Positions 1 to 9,045 of a DNA stretch of 64,000 nucleotides are shown one piece after another; the first letter of the stretch is position 1; each line of letters starts with the position of its first letter. The notes beneath the pieces are model-generated. The model had not been told where the DNA came from. It worked only from the letters and a program-made list of their open reading frames with translations, and did no database searches. The DNA comes from an uncultured Planctomycetaceae bacterium (lineage in GTDB: Bacteria > Planctomycetota > Planctomycetia > Planctomycetales > Planctomycetaceae). Location of the stretch: assembly GCA_963815195.1 (NCBI GenBank), contig CAWFGE010000008.1, forward strand, positions 288,001 through 352,000. The letters run 5' to 3'. The position numbers were made by a program, and so were the translations under genes.

Positions 1-258
1 ACTTGATCAACCACGGTCAAAAGATTGTTGTCGGGCGGTATCTCTGCAGGGCGTCGCAATCGATGACCGCCATAAAAAGACGCCACGACTCGCAAGAGCA
101 TCAGGCTAATGCCGAACAAATACGCCGCCTCCGATTGCGGCCCCTTGCCACAGAAAATGCGCCAGCGTTACGGTCAGTTGCTCGTAGACCACCACATCGA
201 ACGGAAATGGATTCCACGTGAGCTTCCCCTTTAAGGCGAAGTTGGGATATGGGACCAA

Positions 259-453
259 TCATTGCTTGCGGGCTTTTCGATTGATGATCCGGCGGATTTC
301 CTTGATTTCCTCAAGATCGAGATCTGTCGTTTCCAAAAGTTCCAGCATCATCGCCTTGGCGGACCCCTCGAAGACGCGATCCAAGAGATTGCCTCGCATT
401 CCGCGATTGATCTCCTGGTTGGAAACACACGCCTGGGTGAAAGCCGGAAACTG
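259..453 (-). pseudogene. C-terminal remnant of BlaI/MecI/CopY-family repressor
   Basis: Manual translation FTQACVSNQEINRGMRGNLLDRVFEGSAKAMMLELLETTDLDLEEIKEIRRIINRKARKQ* resembles the BlaI dimerisation half. No N-terminal HTH; begins in frame right after the stop of the upstream gene. Confidence 0.7.
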
Positions 454-1680
454 TCAATTCCTGAGCAGGGCATCGACATCATCGAGTGAGACGTGGAAGA
501 CTTCCGTTTCAACCTTTCCTCGGGAAAAGGCAATCAACAGGCGACCGTTGTGTTCAATAATGTGGGGATACTGTAGGCTCGCGATTCCCGAACGCAGTTT
601 CCTGGCAACGCGAGAGACCTCTGGAGGGATGCTCTGAGGCGAAGGGATATTAAGCCGGGCGAGGCGGCTAAAGGTCTTGCCGTCCCGGCTCACCGCGAGG
701 TGGAGTTCCCGCCGGCCGACGTGGGGATTCGCATTGAGTACGATTACCCGGTAACCTCGGCTGGTCTTTAGGGAAAACAACTTGCTACTGGCGTTCGGAA
801 AATTCGTCCGCTTCGGAGCTTCCCAACTTCGCCCCTGATCGCGCGAGCGGGAATGAAACAGGCGTTGCGATCCTCCGTTGTCCCGAAACAGTGCAGACAA
901 CGTTCCGTCGGGTAGCGCCCAGAAGATGGGTTCATCGGGCCGGAAGGCGGGGATCTGGTCCGTTCGCACGATGGGAAACGCCTGCCAGTCGCTGAGCGAT
1001 TTTCGACCGCCGATGAGCACGCTGACATTGAAACGAGAATCTCGCCGCGTCAGTATCCAATCTCCAGAAGGGAGCTTCTGGGGCGGAAAATTGTTAATGG
1101 CGTTCTCATAGAGTGTGCCTTTGAAATTCCATCTCTCACCGGCGGGGTTGTAAATGTAGGCCTGGAGTTTGAGTTGTTTTTCGGTTAGAGGCCCGAAGGC
1201 CCCTTTGCCGCGATAGTGCGCTCCCAGAGCCAGCAATTCCCCATTCCTAAGCCAAAGCCCCCGAGCAATGAAGGCAAACGGTTCTTCGGGGATCCCCGTC
1301 ACACTTCGAGCAGGTTCCCATGTGAAACCGTCCCGGCTGGTGGAGTATTTGATTTCCTGTGTCGGCCAGTCTTCGATTCTAGGTCCATCACTCCAGATGC
1401 ACCAGAACTTCCCCTCGTGGTGGATCAAATAGTTGTGCAGATTCAGCCTGAGATCCTGCATGTCAACCTTGTCCGGCGTGCGGGCGTGCGGTCCGAGCGA
1501 AGCGGGATTGATCACGGCAAGTTTCCCCGAAATCGTCGGCAACTCGGCATAGCGGATCGCGGCGGGATCCGTACCTGAGTCCGGTAGATCCAGAATGGGC
1601 AACGCATCGCCCCCAGTTGTCGGCGCGGGCGACCAGAGAATGGCGGTGAGGAACAGAACGGTGATGAACGGCTTTGGCAT
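454..1680 (-). CDS. Secreted sialidase/BNR-repeat family protein
   Basis: Signal peptide MPKPFITVLFLTAILW; Asp-box motifs SRDGFTW, SRDQGRSW, SRDGKTF; QYP near the C-terminus. Start placed at ATG 1680. Confidence 0.8.
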   Translation of the reverse strand: MPKPFITVLFLTAILWSPAPTTGGDALPILDLPDSGTDPAAIRYAELPTISGKLAVINPASLGPHARTPDKVDMQDLRLNLHNYLIHHEGKFWCIWSDGPRIEDWPTQEIKYSTSRDGFTWEPARSVTGIPEEPFAFIARGLWLRNGELLALGAHYRGKGAFGPLTEKQLKLQAYIYNPAGERWNFKGTLYENAINNFPPQKLPSGDWILTRRDSRFNVSVLIGGRKSLSDWQAFPIVRTDQIPAFRPDEPIFWALPDGTLSALFRDNGGSQRLFHSRSRDQGRSWEAPKRTNFPNASSKLFSLKTSRGYRVIVLNANPHVGRRELHLAVSRDGKTFSRLARLNIPSPQSIPPEVSRVARKLRSGIASLQYPHIIEHNGRLLIAFSRGKVETEVFHVSLDDVDALLRN

Positions 1681-2015
1681 TATGGGCCTCACGAATAAAG
1701 TGCATTGAGGAAAAACTCGCGTCAAATCGCGGTTGTTGATCACAACAATGTGTGCCCCGTGGCTTGGCGTCAATGGCACGTTTATCTGATGAGTGCCAAA
1801 TGCAACCGCATTCGCCGAAGCAACGCCCCTATTTCGATTCATTGGCGGGCCTCGCGCGATTTGAGCCGGGAGAGCAAATCGAGGGCTTCCCCGTCGGTGC
1901 GATGGTGGAGAAGCCCCGGAATTTCGGCCCGGGCGTCGAATGCAGCGCTTTCCGCAGCGCTCGATTGTTGGGCATTCCCTAAGTCGTTATCGTGAATGCC
2001 GGTTATGTCAGACCT

Positions 2016-2086
2016 ACCCCGTTGGTCTAAGAGCGAAGACGCCGGAACCGTGCCCGGAGATGGGGGTGCAAGTCCCCCACGGGGTC
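2016..2086 (+). ncRNA. tRNA-like sequence / pseudo-tRNA, identity undetermined
   Basis: Acceptor ACCCCGT/ACGGGGT, D-stem GTCT/AGAC, T-arm GGGGG-TGCAAGT-CCCCC; anticodon arm CCGG-AACCGTGC-CCGG is non-canonical; no CCA. Confidence 0.7.
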
Positions 2087-2103
2087 TGTTTTGATCCCAG
2101 GCG

Positions 2104-3222
2104 GTGCCGGTGCGAATTGCGATCTTGTTTGAATTCGGCAGCCTCAACGGCGGCGAGAACTCGATGCTGGCCGTCATCGATTCGCTTCAGGGGCGGGACA
2201 TCGAGTTTGCCACGTTTGCGCCTTCGCGGGGACCTTTGACAGCCGCGCTCCGTGCACGTGGGGTTTCGCCGATTGCGTTTGATGTCCGAGACGTGAAGGG
2301 CCAACGCCGGCCGCGCGGAATTGTTGCCGGAATTGGGCGGCCGATTGCTCGAAACGGATTGCGACCTGGTGCACGCCAACAGCTTGTCGATGGGCCGGCT
2401 GACCGGGCGCTCGCCGATGAATTGCCCATCCCCGCAACAGCCCATTTGCGGGACATCATCAAGCTCAGCGGGGCGGCGATGGCGGATCTCAATCGCAACG
2501 CCCGGCTCGTGGCCGTCTCCCACGCGACGCGGGCGTTTCACATGTCCCAAGGCCTGCGGGCGGAGCGCGTGCACACGATTTATAACGGCGTCGAGACCGG
2601 CCGCTTTCAGCCGCGCGTCTCCGACGGCTCACTGCGGCGCGAGCTTGGCTTATCGGCGGAGGATTTTTTGGTGCTCACCGTCGGGCAGATCGGTTTGCGG
2701 AAAGGCCAGGATGTGTTGGCGGATGCCGCGGTGCGATTGTCCCGCGGGCTGCCGAGCGCGCGGTATTTGCTGGCGGGCCAGCGGTTTTCCGAGAAAGCGG
2801 AGAGCCGGGCGTTTGAAGAGCGGGTGCTCCAGACGTTGGAAAGCCTCGGCAAAGGCCGGCTGTGTGTTTTAGGCTACCGCGACGATGTGCCCCGCCTGAT
2901 GAACGCCGCCGACGTGCTGGTGCATCCCGCCCATCAGGAACCGTTGGGGCGGGTGCTGTTGGAGGCGGCGGCTTCGGGGTTGCCGATCATCGCGACCGAT
3001 GTCGGGGGAACGGCGGAAATCCTCCGCGATGGCGAATCCGCTCTTTTGATCCCGCCCGGCGATGCGGAGGCTCTGGCCGATGCGATGCTCAGAATGGCCA
3101 GCGCCCCCGATTTGCGGACCCGGCTCGCCGCAAACGCCCGCCGGCGAATCGTTGCAAATTTCTCGATCGCCCAGGCGGCCGAGAATCTGCACGCATTTTG
3201 GCGGGATGCGTGTTGCCGGTGA
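2104..3222 (+). CDS. Glycosyltransferase family 4 (GT-B)
   Basis: LNGGE N-terminal motif, RKGQD, EPLGRVLLEAAASGLPIIATDVGG. The segment ~2315-2410 reads better in another frame (DLVHANSLSMGR), implying two compensating indels. Confidence 0.9.
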   Translation: MPVRIAILFEFGSLNGGENSMLAVIDSLQGRDIEFATFAPSRGPLTAALRARGVSPIAFDVRDVKGQRRPRGIVAGIGRPIARNGLRPGARQQLVDGPADRALADELPIPATAHLRDIIKLSGAAMADLNRNARLVAVSHATRAFHMSQGLRAERVHTIYNGVETGRFQPRVSDGSLRRELGLSAEDFLVLTVGQIGLRKGQDVLADAAVRLSRGLPSARYLLAGQRFSEKAESRAFEERVLQTLESLGKGRLCVLGYRDDVPRLMNAADVLVHPAHQEPLGRVLLEAAASGLPIIATDVGGTAEILRDGESALLIPPGDAEALADAMLRMASAPDLRTRLAANARRRIVANFSIAQAAENLHAFWRDACCR

Positions 3223-3226
3223 CGGT

Positions 3227-4090
3227 TCAGCCTTTCACGACGGGATTGGACAGCGTGCCGATGCCGGTGATTTCGATGGAGACCACATCGCCGTTTTCGA
3301 GGCTGAAGTCGTCGTCGGGCACGATGCCGGTGCCGGTCATCAGGATCGCCCCTTTGGGAAAATCATTTTCCCGGCCGAGCCAGGAAATCAGGTCCTCAAA
3401 CGAGCGGGCCATCTGATCGAGGTTCGTTTCGCCCGCGAACACCGTCTTGCCGCGACGGTCGATGCGGAGGGCAATCTTCGTCGCGGCGCGGTCCAGCGGA
3501 GATTCCGGCAGCAAGACGCATGGTCCCAGACCCGCGCACTGCTTGTAGAGCTTGGCCTGCGGCAGATAGAGCGGGTTTTCGCCTTCGATGTCGCGGGCCG
3601 ACATATCGTTGCCGATGGTGTAGCCCACCAGCTTCATCTCCGGCGAGATGACGAGCGCCAATTCCGGTTCGGGCACCGACCAGGAACTGTCGGCCCGCAC
3701 GCGGACGGGATCGCCTGGCCCCGAGACCCGGCCGGGATTGGCCTTGTAAAACAGTTCCGGGCGGTCGGCGGTGTAAACGCGGTCGTAATGCGAGGCCCCG
3801 GTTTCCGATTCTTCCATCCTCGCGACCTGGCTGCGTTTGTAGGTCACGCCCGCCGCCCAGACTTCCTGATGATCGAGCGGGGCCAACAGCGTGACGCTCT
3901 TGAGCGCGATCGGGGCGGCATCGGGATCGATCAAAAACTTCGCCATCCCCAACGGGTTCGGCGAGTGCAAAACGTCGCTGAGCGTGAGCACGTTATCCAC
4001 CTGCGAGAGATCCAGCAGACGCACATCCTCGCCTTCGATCACGCCCACTCGCAGTTCCCCGTCCGCCAGCAAAACCTTCGCAATCCGCAT
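3227..4090 (-). CDS. Fumarylacetoacetate hydrolase family protein (2-keto-3-deoxy-pentonate dehydratase-like)
   Basis: EVWAAGVTY, RPELFYK, VPEPEL, GYTIGNDMSARDIEGENPLYLPQAK, LMTGTG motifs. Start MRIAK at 4090. Confidence 0.9.
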   Translation of the reverse strand: MRIAKVLLADGELRVGVIEGEDVRLLDLSQVDNVLTLSDVLHSPNPLGMAKFLIDPDAAPIALKSVTLLAPLDHQEVWAAGVTYKRSQVARMEESETGASHYDRVYTADRPELFYKANPGRVSGPGDPVRVRADSSWSVPEPELALVISPEMKLVGYTIGNDMSARDIEGENPLYLPQAKLYKQCAGLGPCVLLPESPLDRAATKIALRIDRRGKTVFAGETNLDQMARSFEDLISWLGRENDFPKGAILMTGTGIVPDDDFSLENGDVVSIEITGIGTLSNPVVKG

Positions 4091-4545
4091 CGAAAAAACT
4101 CCGCAATAGGAGAGACTCTTTTCAGTAAGGCAATCGAGATTGAGGATACCAACTTGCCCGAATACCACAACTCTCGCCCGCGATCGGGCAGCGTCCCCGC
4201 CGGTTCGCCTTCGTGGGACCTCGTTTGGCCGTGGAAAAAAACGAATCGGCACCCGGGGATTTCTCCGCGGATTGTTAAGATTTTTTTGCAGTTTGCCCAC
4301 GAATTTTTTCCGGCGGTTGCGTATGCTTAATATATCCCGAAACACCGCGATTCCGCCGAGACGCCCGCCCACGATTCCAAATTCCCCGCGCTTGTGATAA
4401 GAAAGAGCATGCGAATTTTCCCGGAAACCGAGATTTTGTTTCCCGGTGGTCTTCGTTTAGAGCCGGCGGCGCCCCTCGTTTGCATGTTGGCGGACGTGTT
4501 GCGGAGCGCTTGTTTTTGGAGTCCGAGGAGAAAACCGCTCTATCT

Positions 4546-4579
4546 GCGCCCGGTGCCGTGTCGGCATAGGGCGTTTTTT
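4546..4579 (+). terminator. Intrinsic terminator-like hairpin in the leader of the HNH gene
   Basis: GCGCCC-G-GTGCCG-TGT-CGGCAT-A-GGGCGT followed by a T-run, ~100 nt upstream of the HNH start on the same strand. Confidence 0.65.
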
Positions 4580-4675
4580 ATTGGCGGAATTCCGGAGGCG
4601 GGCCGCTCGATTTCGGCGGAGCCGGCCGGTGGAAAGTCTCGTTTCGTCCGTTTTCCATTGGGAGGAGAGTGACGC

Positions 4676-5272
4676 ATGGTCTCGGCGGTTTTACAGCGGC
4701 CCACGCTGATGCTGAACCGGAACTGGCAACCCGTCGGGGTCGCCACCGTTTCGCGTTCGCTGGTCATGGTGTGGAACGGCACCGCGCGTGTGGTCGATCC
4801 CGAAGACTATCAACTCTACACCTGGGCCGATTGGGCGGCCCTCAAGCCGTCGGACAACGAACCGGTGATCCAGACGGTCCGCTCATCGCTCCGGGTTCCC
4901 GAAGTCATCGCGCTCACGCGCTACGACCGCGTGCCCAATAATACCGTCACCTTCAGCCGGCGGAACATCTTCAAACGCGACCGCTTCACCTGCCAATACT
5001 GCGGCGTGCAACCGGGCAAGGAAGAACTGACGATCGACCACGTCGTCCCGCGTTCCCGCGGCGGCGTGTCGAGTTGGGAAAACTGCGTGCTCGCCTGCGT
5101 CGACTGCAACAGCCGCAAGGCCGACTTCTTGCCCGGCGAAGCCCGCATGCCGCTCTTGAGCCTCCCCGAACGCCCCAAATGGCGGCCGGTGTATGCGACC
5201 CGCGGCCAGCGCTTCCGCAGTTGGTCCAAATTCCTCAGCCAGGCTTACTGGGACGTGGAACTGCAGGAATAA
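4676..5272 (+). CDS. HNH endonuclease (McrA-like)
   Basis: FKRDRFTCQYCG, LTIDHVVPRSRGG, WENCVLACVDCNSRK; strong RBS GGAGGAG. Confidence 0.92.
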   Translation: MVSAVLQRPTLMLNRNWQPVGVATVSRSLVMVWNGTARVVDPEDYQLYTWADWAALKPSDNEPVIQTVRSSLRVPEVIALTRYDRVPNNTVTFSRRNIFKRDRFTCQYCGVQPGKEELTIDHVVPRSRGGVSSWENCVLACVDCNSRKADFLPGEARMPLLSLPERPKWRPVYATRGQRFRSWSKFLSQAYWDVELQE

Positions 5273-5353
5273 CTTAAACCCCACAGCACTTTCGCGGCGG
5301 CTTTGTTTTCCGTTCTTGACTCGGCATTTCCCGCGACTCGCTAAAATTGGACC

Positions 5354-5382
5354 TTGACATCCAGTTTTAGGCGTGTTAGCTT
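5354..5382 (+). promoter_or_regulatory. Putative sigma70 promoter
   Basis: TTGACA-17 nt-TAGCTT with an extended -10 TG, ~60 nt upstream of ATG 5445. Confidence 0.55.
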
Positions 5383-5444
5383 GGCGGTGTGGAAAAGTGG
5401 TTGCTGTCGCGGGACAATTCCCCCAGCCTGGGAGCGGAGACGTG

Positions 5445-6761
5445 ATGATTTCCAAGCCGAGTGTTCTTTTTGCAGCCGTGGTGCTCGGATTGTTTTGGCC
5501 GACCCATTGCCTTCGCGCGCAAGTGGAGTTTGAGCGGGAACCGATTCTCTACGAAACAAAGCCCCCGCAGGATCCCATCGCCCGGCTTATCAAAAGGCTG
5601 AAACTGGGCGAATCGAAACTGGCTTATGACGAGAAGCTCGGCTACCTGCCCGCCTTGCTCAAAGAGCTGGAGATCCCCGCCTCGTCGCAGATGCTCGTGT
5701 TCTCAAAAACGAGCTTTCAACTTCGGCGAATTTCCCCCCGCCGGCCCCGCGCGCTGTATTTCAACGATGACACCTACGTGGGTTTCGTGCAGAACAGCGA
5801 TATGCTCGAGATTTCCTCGGTCGATCCGCAGCAGGGGGCGATCTTCTATACCCTCTCCCAAGAGCCGGCCGGCGTGCCGGTGGTTCTTCGCGACAAGGGG
5901 CAATGCCTGATCTGCCATGCTTCGTCGCGCACGCAAAACGTGCCGGGGCATCTGGTGCGTTCGGTGTTTCCCGATGCCGACGGCCAGCCGCAGTTCGGTT
6001 CGGGCACGTTTACCACCGACGACCGCAGCCCGTTTTCGGAGCGTTGGGGCGGCTGGTATGTCACCGGCACCCACGGCGGCATGCGGCACATGGGAAATGC
6101 GACCACCGCCAGCCGGCAGAATCCCGAAGCCTTGGACCGCGAAGCCGGCGCCAATGTGACGGAGCTGTCCAAGCGCGTCGATACGTCGCCTTACCTCGAG
6201 CCCACGAGCGACATTGTGGCGCTCATGGTCCTGGAGCATCAAACGCAGATGCACAACCTGATCACCCGCGCGAACTACGAAGCCCGGCACGCGGCCCATT
6301 ATGATAGGGTCATGAACGCCGCCTTCGACGACCGCCCGGCCGATTACGAAAGCGAAACCACCAAACGCCGGATCGCCTCGGCGGGAGATAAGCTGCTCGA
6401 CTCTTTGCTGTTTAAGGACGAGTTTCCGCTGACGTCCGAGGTCAAAGGCGTGTCGAGCTTTGCACGCGATTTTGCGAGCCGCGGCCCGCGCGACAAACGC
6501 GGACGATCCTTACGGGATTTCGATCTCCACCGGCGTCTGTTCAAATACCCTTGCAGTTATCTGATCGATTCCGCGTCCTTTGACGGGCTGCCGAAACCGA
6601 TCAAGACCCACGTCGTTCGCCGGCTCCACGAAGTGCTCACGCGCAAAGACGCCGACGACGAGTTCAAGCACCTCTCGCGGGAAGACCGGGCGAATATCCT
6701 CGCGATCCTCAACGACACGAAGCCAAATCTTTTCGCCCATCTGAGCGAAGAAGTTCCTTAG
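5445..6761 (+). CDS. Secreted conserved protein with a c-type heme motif
   Basis: Signal peptide; CLICH (CxxCH); LVFSKTSFQ, ERWGGWYVTG and GRSLRDFDL blocks typical of a Planctomycete family. Confidence 0.7.
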   Translation: MISKPSVLFAAVVLGLFWPTHCLRAQVEFEREPILYETKPPQDPIARLIKRLKLGESKLAYDEKLGYLPALLKELEIPASSQMLVFSKTSFQLRRISPRRPRALYFNDDTYVGFVQNSDMLEISSVDPQQGAIFYTLSQEPAGVPVVLRDKGQCLICHASSRTQNVPGHLVRSVFPDADGQPQFGSGTFTTDDRSPFSERWGGWYVTGTHGGMRHMGNATTASRQNPEALDREAGANVTELSKRVDTSPYLEPTSDIVALMVLEHQTQMHNLITRANYEARHAAHYDRVMNAAFDDRPADYESETTKRRIASAGDKLLDSLLFKDEFPLTSEVKGVSSFARDFASRGPRDKRGRSLRDFDLHRRLFKYPCSYLIDSASFDGLPKPIKTHVVRRLHEVLTRKDADDEFKHLSREDRANILAILNDTKPNLFAHLSEEVP

Positions 6762-6783
6762 CGGCGACGGTTGCTGGATCGCG

Positions 6784-8880
6784 TTATGTTTTCTCGGCCA
6801 TCGCGCCCCAGGGCTCAATTTGCTTGAGGTTCTTGGATTGGAGGGCCGCGTAGCAATCCGGAAGGTCGAATTGGGTCAGCACGTTTGGAAGCAACGCCGA
6901 GAGCGGCCAGGTATATTCTTCGCTTTGGGCGATCTCGTCGTAAGAGGTCAAGGCGTGTTTCAGCGTGACCTGCTTGACGTTTTCAGCAAACAGCGCTGCA
7001 AACGTCGCGGCGAGGGCTCCGCGTCCCAGGCCGGCCAGATGCACTTCGGTATGCCCCAGCGAAGCCAGCCAATCCAGCGTTCGCAGCACGTCGAAGGTCT
7101 TCTGGCCGAGATACGGGCGGTCGAGCATCAGGCTGTGGATCGCGTAAAAATAATCGCTGCCGTAGGGCGAATGGAACGAGTTCGGCCCACAAGTGTCGGG
7201 CTGAGATTCTCCGCTGCCCCGCACATCGCAGGTAAACACCGGCGTCTGGGGATCGGCTTGGATCAACTCTTTGATTAAGGGTTCCCCGCGAAGCTCCGCA
7301 TCGCTGGAAAGATGCGCGACGTAGAGGATCGCCTTCGGGCCGGTCTTCGGCGGGCGGGAATAGAGCCGTTCGTCGGAGAGCCGATACACAATCGCCTCGA
7401 TGCCCGGTTCGGTTTCCACCGCGTAGGCGATCCCGGAACGCGTCGGATAACCCCGGCCGCCCAGGTAGCGCCAAATGCGATACTCCGGAGCGGACTTCGG
7501 CAACCGCGGTAGTTTGAGCACATCGCGAGCCGCCGACAGCAAAGTTCTGGCCGGCGGCTTGCTGCGGTTTTTCGCGAGTTCCCGGGCCTTGTCCCGCGTG
7601 AATTGAAACACGGTCCGCGTGCCCTCGAGTTCCGCGACCTGGCCGTGCGGCGTGCATTGGAGAGTTTCGTCGGTCTCGATTTGAATGGCCGGCTCGGATT
7701 GGGCCTGAGAAATCTGTGTGGCCCGGTTGAACCACCGATACATCGCTTCGCGGTTCTCCTGCGAATAGCCGTGATAGGTCGGCCCCACGGCGAGGGCGAT
7801 GTTGTCCTCGGCCCCCAAAAGTTTGTAGAGCCGTTTGAGCCGGGCGTAAGCTTCTTCGGAGCCTCGCACGTCGAAGAAGTCCCGCTCCTTGGCGAGAATG
7901 ATCACCGGCTTGGGGGCGAGGGCCGCGAGAAAATCGTCGTGATCCAAACTGAGGGCGAGCGCCTTGGGCGGGCATTGCTCGGTGTCGGCGGGGAGTTCGT
8001 TTTCCAAATTGCGGCGGAAGGTGGTGACGAAGCACGCGGGGGCGGCCATCGTCCAGCGGGACTCCACGCCCGAGAGCCAGGTCGTCATCGTGCCGCCGCC
8101 GGAGTTGCCGGTGACGCCGACGTGCTTGGGATCGACTTCCTTGCGGGACAGAAGATAATCCAGGGCGCGAATGCCGTCCCACGCCCGCCACATCCCGAAG
8201 AACTCGCCTACCAGAAACTGCTGGTTGCCGGCGTAAAGATGTTCGCTCACGCCGATGCCCATCTTCGGGGAGAGGTCGTCTTTGACATATTGCAGCCGTT
8301 CGCCTTGGCCGATGGGATCGTAGATCAAACAGATATAGCCTTGCTTGGCGAGGCCTTGGGCGAAGGATTGATACGCCTCCGCCGCCTTGCCGTTGTTGGA
8401 ATGCCCGCAGGTGCCGACCACGCCGGGGCGCGGGGCGGTGATGTTTTTCGGCAGATACAAATTGGCCGTCACCGGGAAGTGGGGCCGGCTCTCGAAAATG
8501 ATCTTTTCGATCGTGTAATCTTCGCGGTCCACGATGCCGGTCGTCTGGGCTTTGAGCGGCGTGCGTTCCGGTTCGGGACCGAAGCATTCGCGGATCTTGG
8601 CTCTGACGGATTTGACATAGGCCTCGGCGTCGGCTTTGGATTTCAGCCCGTTCATCAATTTGAGCTTTCGCCGCTCGGCCTCGCGGACTTGCTCGGTGAA
8701 CCAATCCTGCACCATCCGCGGGTAGCGATTGAGCGGTTCATATTCCGCCGCCCGCGCTGCCGTCTGCCAACCACTTAAACAACTGAAACCGACTGTCTGC
8801 GCCACGGCGGCCCGCAACCAATGCCGCCGCGTCAAAGGGCTGGGCAAGAAACTGTGTTGTTCTGGATGTGCCATCGTCAA
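6784..8880 (-). CDS. Tat-exported alpha/beta hydrolase (acetyl xylan esterase-like, two modules)
   Basis: TRRHWL Tat motif; nucleophile elbow GVTGNSGGG; WDGIRALDYL. Confidence 0.82.
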   Translation of the reverse strand: MTMAHPEQHSFLPSPLTRRHWLRAAVAQTVGFSCLSGWQTAARAAEYEPLNRYPRMVQDWFTEQVREAERRKLKLMNGLKSKADAEAYVKSVRAKIRECFGPEPERTPLKAQTTGIVDREDYTIEKIIFESRPHFPVTANLYLPKNITAPRPGVVGTCGHSNNGKAAEAYQSFAQGLAKQGYICLIYDPIGQGERLQYVKDDLSPKMGIGVSEHLYAGNQQFLVGEFFGMWRAWDGIRALDYLLSRKEVDPKHVGVTGNSGGGTMTTWLSGVESRWTMAAPACFVTTFRRNLENELPADTEQCPPKALALSLDHDDFLAALAPKPVIILAKERDFFDVRGSEEAYARLKRLYKLLGAEDNIALAVGPTYHGYSQENREAMYRWFNRATQISQAQSEPAIQIETDETLQCTPHGQVAELEGTRTVFQFTRDKARELAKNRSKPPARTLLSAARDVLKLPRLPKSAPEYRIWRYLGGRGYPTRSGIAYAVETEPGIEAIVYRLSDERLYSRPPKTGPKAILYVAHLSSDAELRGEPLIKELIQADPQTPVFTCDVRGSGESQPDTCGPNSFHSPYGSDYFYAIHSLMLDRPYLGQKTFDVLRTLDWLASLGHTEVHLAGLGRGALAATFAALFAENVKQVTLKHALTSYDEIAQSEEYTWPLSALLPNVLTQFDLPDCYAALQSKNLKQIEPWGAMAEKT

Positions 8881-8890
8881 TTTTCCTCAT

Positions 8891-9041
8891 GAGCCGCGAA
8901 GCGGCGGCAGCAATGCTTAATTCACAGGAGAGAGGTTGTCCCTCATAACATTCTGCTATCGCCGCTTCGCGGCTCAAAATTTTTGGACGAATCGTTCTCA
9001 GGCTTACGCCTGCAGCGACATGCTGTCGCCGCTCCGCGGCT
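8891..9041. repeat. REP-like palindromic cluster
   Basis: GAGCCGCGAAGCGGCGGCAGCA (8891) with inverted copies at 8954-8975 and 9021-9041. Confidence 0.75.
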
Positions 9042-9045
9042 TTTC

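Noticed and set aside
3671..3700. GGGCACCG matches inside CDSs (also ~13866, ~55290) as further mini-elements
   Set aside because: They encode conserved residues and lack the GNA-triloop hairpin and tail.
4676..5272. HNH protein as IscB/Cas9-like RNA-guided nuclease
   Set aside because: Only 198 aa, with no RuvC motifs or PLMP N-terminus; fits a stand-alone McrA-like HNH.
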